Shown: piece after piece, positions 58,800 to 64,000 of the stretch
Numbering within the stretch: the first letter of the stretch is position 1
How the letters are laid out: the number at the start of each line of letters is the position of its first letter
Virus record (IMG/VR): IMGVR_UViG_3300019754_000001
Location: 29,905-93,904 of that record
DNA: 64,000 bases
Reading direction: 5' to 3' (one strand)
Origin: a virus
Program-made: the position numbers and the translations under genes
The notes under the pieces: model-generated
Told to the model about the DNA's origin: nothing
Databases searched by the model: none
Seen by the model: only the letters and a program-made list of their open reading frames with translations

Positions 58800-61135
58800 C
58801 TGAGGGGCAAGGATAGACTCTCACTTAGTGGATTAATACTACCCACTGGTGGAGGGGCTAATCAATGCTCCACATCCAACTCATGCTACTGATAGTGCTA
58901 CATTACTACGTAATGTTCAGCTCACGGAAAGCCCTCCCATGTAATCTTTTTTACAGGCTACGCAAGAGACCAAGAGGCCAACATATACAAGCCTCCTCCG
59001 TAGATTAGATGAATGAATAAAATAACACAACCCCTTAAGAAGTTTTTTCGCAATATCTTATAGGGTAGTCTCCTCCATTCCTAAGTTTAGGGGGGGGAGA
59101 CAATATATTGTTAAGTTACTAGAGTAGTGGTGATTGTAAGTGGACCAGGTTAATATGGACAGACTCCTAACATACCTCCACCACCCCCCTACAACACTGA
59201 CTTAACAACAATAGTAGGTCACAAAGTCCTCACCTATGCCTTACCTTAATATGTCATGCTTCTGTATGTCATGCTATTGTAGAGTGTGGGGGGGCAGACC
59301 TATGCTAGAGTAGTCTTGGCTAAGATAAGCTTTAGTAAAGTATACTTACTGATGCTTATGGGGCAGTCTGTATGAGGATAAAGACACCCCCCCCCACACA
59401 TCATACTCACCTCAATTCCCCTCCCTACAATAAAACCGATACTGATTCTTTAGTATTCTATTGGTAGTGAAGGTCTCCCCACCCCACACCCTCTCCCTTA
59501 CTTTCCTCACTTCTATAAATTAGATAAGATATCTATTGTTTAAGATGAATGAAATTAAGACTACATTTTATTATAATGTGGAGGAAGTATGTATAACATA
59601 TATTAATACCGTTAAATATACACACACGCTCAATACTCGGCAGAAAACACTAGAGTATAAAACAATATACCCCCAGACTGCAAAGTCAGTAAAAAATAGT
59701 AAACTGGGGTTAGCACATCAGACTGTAAAGTCAGGACAAATAGTAAACTGATGTGTTATTTTAATAGTAAATACAACCTCACTAAAGAGTATAACAAGCG
59801 TTAAGGCATACCACACCAATAGGTGTAAGGTCCCCACGATAGAGGGAGCAAAGGTATAGTAAATGAGGCAACTCTTATCTTATTTAACCTGTCAAACCTC
59901 AATATTGAGAAAGACATAAACCCACAGTTTGGTTAGCTGTATAATCATGGAATAAAACTTATAGTGGGATAATGACCCACCACGCTGCATTGATATGTAG
60001 TAAAACAAACGATGGAGTTATAATAACTCCTGCTCCTATTAGTCTCAGGGGGCAAACTAAGAGACTAAATTTAAAACATCTGCAAAACAAGGAATTGCTG
60101 CTACGGAACGATGTGTAGTAGCATTGAGAATTTGAGCAGATGTTTTTAATAAACTTAAGCCTCCAGAGGCCACACTTACAACTTGAGACGTATGTCCAAT
60201 AGTTTGCACAATAAGCATTAGTCCACTTCGTTCAGAAGAAGATAGGTGTTGTAAGTGAAAAGCAGTGAAATGCTGTAATTTAAACTCTAGTATGTTAAAT
60301 ACTAAATCTCTGAAAATATGTGGAAAGTGTAGGTTATGGAGAGTTGAGTAATGAAGGGCTAATACCTGGAGCTTAGATATCTACAACACTATTTAACTTA
60401 TTAGGGTTTATTTATTAAAGAAAAGCTGCACCCTCCGCAATTAAATACAAACCGGGTTGTAGCCTAAATAGCTTCACAGTGATGTGTGGAGTAGACGAAA
60501 GTCTGAGGAGATGAAAGAGCTCTTATTGACAACACCCTTTATCAGGGGCGAAACTCCGCCTGCATTAAGCGTCTCGGAAATTGTCAATATATATATTATG
60601 TAGGATGAAGGGGGCTACCGAAAGCTCTCCTTCATACCTATGTATTAAAGCCTCATCGTGGGCATTATCTAGTTCGTCCTTACATCTAATATGTGAGGAA
60701 TCTACCCCTTAAAGCTGGAGGGATAGTAGGACAAAAGAAGCTCTAAGGTTACCAGATAAGTGTAGGTAATCTTAGTATCAACACTAGTTACTATATGCAT
60801 GTAGTAGCGACTAATGGAGCAATTTGTTAGTAAATACGTTTAGAGACAACTCTAGTCTTGAAGCGGTATAATGGGCGGTTCGAAACGTTTGTTATATTAA
60901 AAAGATGAATCACTACTTATATAGAGATGCTCCTTTAGAGGGGAGTATGTAAGACTCTATAGTGAGGATTCAGATTACTTGGGAAGAGCCTCATGGAGAG
61001 CCCTTCCCTCGTAATCTAAATAAGGCTACCCTTAGCCTACTAATAATAAGGAATGGTGCAGAAGATTAGCTCTTCGGTCTATCGAAAGATAGGTTTAAAC
61101 CCTCTACGAATGTGTAGGTGTGGAGTTCAAACCAA
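58800..61135 (+). ncRNA. array of structured RNA domains, block 1
   Basis: No credible ORF; consecutive stem-loops, junctions and pseudoknots with + strand G-U pairs and GNRA loops. Confidence 0.65.
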
Positions 61136-61146
61136 TAAATTAAGAT

Positions 61147-61515
61147 ATGACGATTATAGAAACAAAAGCCTATCTTAAAGGCTACCTAGCTGCACTGGGG
61201 ACTAATGTGCAGAATACTAGAGATGAAGATTCCTTATGGAGTCTCAACCAAAAATTAATGTATAACGAGATAGTAACAGAGGTTGGAACCTTGGGATTTA
61301 CGATCAATAGGGGGATATGCCCTGTTGGTGGAAATGTTACTTACGCTTGTACAAGTCCCGAAAATTCTACTGTAGATATATATCTGGGGTGGGCAGACAA
61401 CAAGTTCTTTAAAGAGGCCTTTGAAGGACTCGAAATGGAGTTTGTATACCAAGAGACAAGAATAAGCATAGAGGAGCTTGAAAAACTCTTATATGTTTTA
61501 GAGATAAAAGACTAA
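61147..61515 (+). CDS. hypothetical protein (122 aa)
   Basis: ORF with AT-rich initiation region between the RNA blocks. Confidence 0.75.
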   Translation: MTIIETKAYLKGYLAALGTNVQNTRDEDSLWSLNQKLMYNEIVTEVGTLGFTINRGICPVGGNVTYACTSPENSTVDIYLGWADNKFFKEAFEGLEMEFVYQETRISIEELEKLLYVLEIKD

Positions 61516-61634
61516 TAATATTTAATCTTCAATTAGCGACAATAAGTGAGAGTGTCCGCTTCATTAAGAAGAAGTAAGAGATACTGTTAAAATACTATTA
61601 TACACTTATAATAAAAATATGATGTAAAATAAAT

Positions 61635-61802
61635 ATGAACTATCGAAGAGAAGCTAGAGAAGTAACACAAAACCATTATGGAGGATATTGTGAGATGTGT
61701 AGAAAGTTAGGAATTAAAATAGTTCCTTATCATAAATTTACTATGGAATTATATGATAAAATTAAAGAGTTAAGTAAAATAAAAAAAGATTTTAAAAGAT
61801 AA
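61635..61802 (+). CDS. unannotated 55-aa basic protein with CxxC
   Basis: Translated by hand: MNYRREAREVTQNHYGGYCEMCRKLGIKIVPYHKFTMELYDKIKELSKIKKDFKR; taaaataaat upstream of ATG. Confidence 0.65.
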   Translation: MNYRREAREVTQNHYGGYCEMCRKLGIKIVPYHKFTMELYDKIKELSKIKKDFKR

Positions 61803-61804
61803 GC

Positions 61805-62540
61805 CCTAATTAAACTCCTAACACAGTTAAGACTACCCTCACTAACGCATGCAAAGCGAATAAAGGGAAACGCTGTGGCCTATTGGCAATAGGTGGAGAG
61901 TATTAATTGGTATTTAAAGAATTGGAGTGCCTTGCCAAAGCTAGGTAAAATACCCACTCACACTAAGATTCAATAGATACTTGCCAAGGGGCTTTATATT
62001 ATTAAAGGCAGGCCACCCTTCTGTGGTAATTCTCCCTTATGATATATTAGAATTTGAGGACTTTGGGGAAGTTTTAAACAAAGATAAAGACCTGAAATTA
62101 CACGTGCCTGAAAGAGCATGAATAAGAATTTATAGTTACTGACTGAACGATACTATATATAGAGGGATAACAACCCCACAGGTATTGAGTTGTCCCCCCC
62201 AAACTGTCGTAGTATGGGGGAGCTCAGACAGGACAAGGAAAGTAACGAGAATGATAGACTTAAACTATTAGGCTACTGAATCCTCTACGTAAGTAGAAAG
62301 CTTATTGGAAACAATAGGAAGATTGTTACCTCTGACAAGGTAATATAGTGGAGAATGGCACAGGTATGTGAGATAAAGCTCACATCTATCATTACAATCT
62401 TAACAAGCGTCAAGCATGAAGCCCTGAGAGGGGTGGAATAGTTTAAATCGATATACAACACTGTCTCCTTTATTGGAAGTGGAAAATGTAGAAGATTGTG
62501 ACTATGACCTAAACCCTACCATGTTGGAGGGCATGGTGCT
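61805..62540 (+). ncRNA. array of structured RNA domains, block 2
   Basis: Multi-stem domains, e.g. aatgataga / tctatcatt enclosing tctac-GTAA-gtaga and cttattg-GAAA-caatagg. Confidence 0.65.
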
Positions 62541-62565
62541 AAAATATTAACTCTAATTTAAAGAC

Positions 62566-63309
62566 ATGAAAGTAAACATTAATCGCCTTGAAGATGAGGA
62601 ATACTTAACTGAAATTAAGTTAGGTAAGGAAAGAATAGTCAGGAGGTGGTATAGAGATACACCCCATATTTACGATTACACAAAGTTTTTAAGACTAGTT
62701 GATAAGTTAGTCGGCAAGCATGTTAATGTGCTTAAAAGAAAGTTACGTAAGGATAGGTGCTATCAATCTCCAGAACAGATAGTGAGGAGATATATGTTAG
62801 TGTTGAATAGGAATGGAGACATTATAAATGAGGACGGCTTAGTATATAAACCTACTCACGGAAGGGCTAACAGTTATTTAGTTAACTCTGATGGTATAAT
62901 ATCTATTACATATGAGAGAGTAGCTAAAAAGCAACCCACACTGACAAAGAGTGAAATTCTAACAAAAAAGATTGATAATCTTAGTGAAGCATATGGATTA
63001 GCTTTGAGGCTCTATAAATGCAGACAAGATTGGGGATTAATACCTCCATCAGATAGAAGGAGAGCCATGCGTAATATCCTATACGCATATCAAAGCCAGG
63101 CTGATGACCTATATACTGCTTACATGCACTCCAACAATTATAATACTAACAAATTTGATGGAGACAGAGTTAGAAAAATACCACAAAGGTATATAAAGGC
63201 TCTAAAAGGTAAGAAAGAGCATGTGAAAGTAAGGAAGGTGGAAGTAATTAAACCCACCCCCATACGAGTAAACTCTCCATATATCCACCTACCTGGAATA
63301 TGTGGATAA
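62566..63309 (+). CDS. hypothetical basic protein (247 aa)
   Basis: Long ORF with AT-rich initiation region. Confidence 0.75.
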   Translation: MKVNINRLEDEEYLTEIKLGKERIVRRWYRDTPHIYDYTKFLRLVDKLVGKHVNVLKRKLRKDRCYQSPEQIVRRYMLVLNRNGDIINEDGLVYKPTHGRANSYLVNSDGIISITYERVAKKQPTLTKSEILTKKIDNLSEAYGLALRLYKCRQDWGLIPPSDRRRAMRNILYAYQSQADDLYTAYMHSNNYNTNKFDGDRVRKIPQRYIKALKGKKEHVKVRKVEVIKPTPIRVNSPYIHLPGICG

Positions 63310-63341
63310 TACTGAATTATTATTAACATTAAATATATATT

Positions 63342-63794
63342 ATGAAGTACGTAAAAGCAATTTATGAAAAAGGTCAGCCGATAACAATGGTTGAGAAAGA
63401 GGAAGCCACTGAATTGGTATCTAAAGGAACACATATTGTTGTATCTCGCCAAGAGGGAGAGGTCAATAGTAAGCATCACGAAGTTATCCCATGCCTTGGC
63501 ACAGCCGAGTGGGTAAACGATGCAAACGGTAATAAGGTTAAGCTCAATGTAGAGCAAAACCGTAAGTTCGAGTCAAGCAAAGTATATCCGAACAGCACCA
63601 AGATGGGAGCAGGAGCCTCACAGATTGGAACAGTTCGCCGGAAAGGAAAATACAACTATCCTTCAAAAGAGGAAACAGTTGTAGAAACTTACCTCACAAA
63701 GACAGGCATAGCTAAATTGGACAAATGCTCTACCAGTGAGGAGGAAAATGCTGTACTGGAAAAGTATAGTAAAAACCGACATCACGCAATATAA
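63342..63794 (+). CDS. hypothetical protein (150 aa)
   Basis: ORF with AT-rich initiation region. Confidence 0.75.
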   Translation: MKYVKAIYEKGQPITMVEKEEATELVSKGTHIVVSRQEGEVNSKHHEVIPCLGTAEWVNDANGNKVKLNVEQNRKFESSKVYPNSTKMGAGASQIGTVRRKGKYNYPSKEETVVETYLTKTGIAKLDKCSTSEEENAVLEKYSKNRHHAI

Positions 63795-64000
63795 CATGTT
63801 TCCCACCCAAACAGTGAGGGTGAGTCGAAAGACTAAAAGTATCTGAATATTAAGTTTTAAACTTTGCATGTACTATGAAGTTGAAGATTTAAGAAAGTAT
63901 ATACATGGAAACATGTTAATCCCTCGCGCACATATATTGTTTGATTTGATTTGATTTAATACTGCGCGTATACTTTCTATGACAAGGGGGTAAATATAAA

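Noticed and set aside
59536-59751. 71-aa ORF from the track
   Set aside because: TTG start; the duplicated motif changes frame between copies, so conservation is at nucleotide level.
59670-59758. CRISPR mini-array
   Set aside because: Only two units, and the variable parts pair around the repeat instead of being spacer-sized unique sequence; no cas genes.
59790-59810. Pistol or twister ribozyme from the AAGCG box
   Set aside because: The required pseudoknot partner and other conserved elements were not found.
60860-61135. tRNA genes suggested by ggttcgaaac (60877) and gagttcaaacc (61123)
   Set aside because: No cloverleaf with correct acceptor, D and anticodon arms could be built.
58755-62565. 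Genes hidden by TAG/TGA recoding, as in some crAss-like phages
   Set aside because: Giant ORFs are intact in the standard code, TAG ends MCP, terL and vRNAP, and the region is dominated by pairing structure and TAA-rich linkers.

Overview
AT-rich dsDNA phage fragment with the gene set and gene order of a crAss-like phage (Crassvirales) infecting a Bacteroidota host (TTTG-N19-20-TAnnTTTG promoters, no Shine-Dalgarno). 1-4395 (+) is the end of a nucleic-acid metabolism block (DEDDh exonuclease, DHH phosphoesterase). 4456-57241 (-) is one late/virion module: PD-(D/E)xK nuclease, HU/IHF-NUMOD fusion, GIY-YIG nuclease, terminase, portal, scaffold, major capsid, tail ring/fibre/muzzle genes, and five cargo proteins including a 2915-aa virion RNA polymerase (DFDVD). 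57242-58244 is the divergent strand-switch region. 58245-64000 (+) is a probable early region that is mostly non-coding. Two candidate undescribed systems stand out. (1) About 3 kb of densely packed structured-RNA domains on the + strand, with G-U pairs, GNRA loops, pseudoknots and three duplicated motif families. (2) The three giant cargo proteins (6454 aa) carry only four cysteines, all at the abutting termini, suggesting a head-to-tail linked ejection chain. All family assignments are by motif recognition and synteny; no searches were run.
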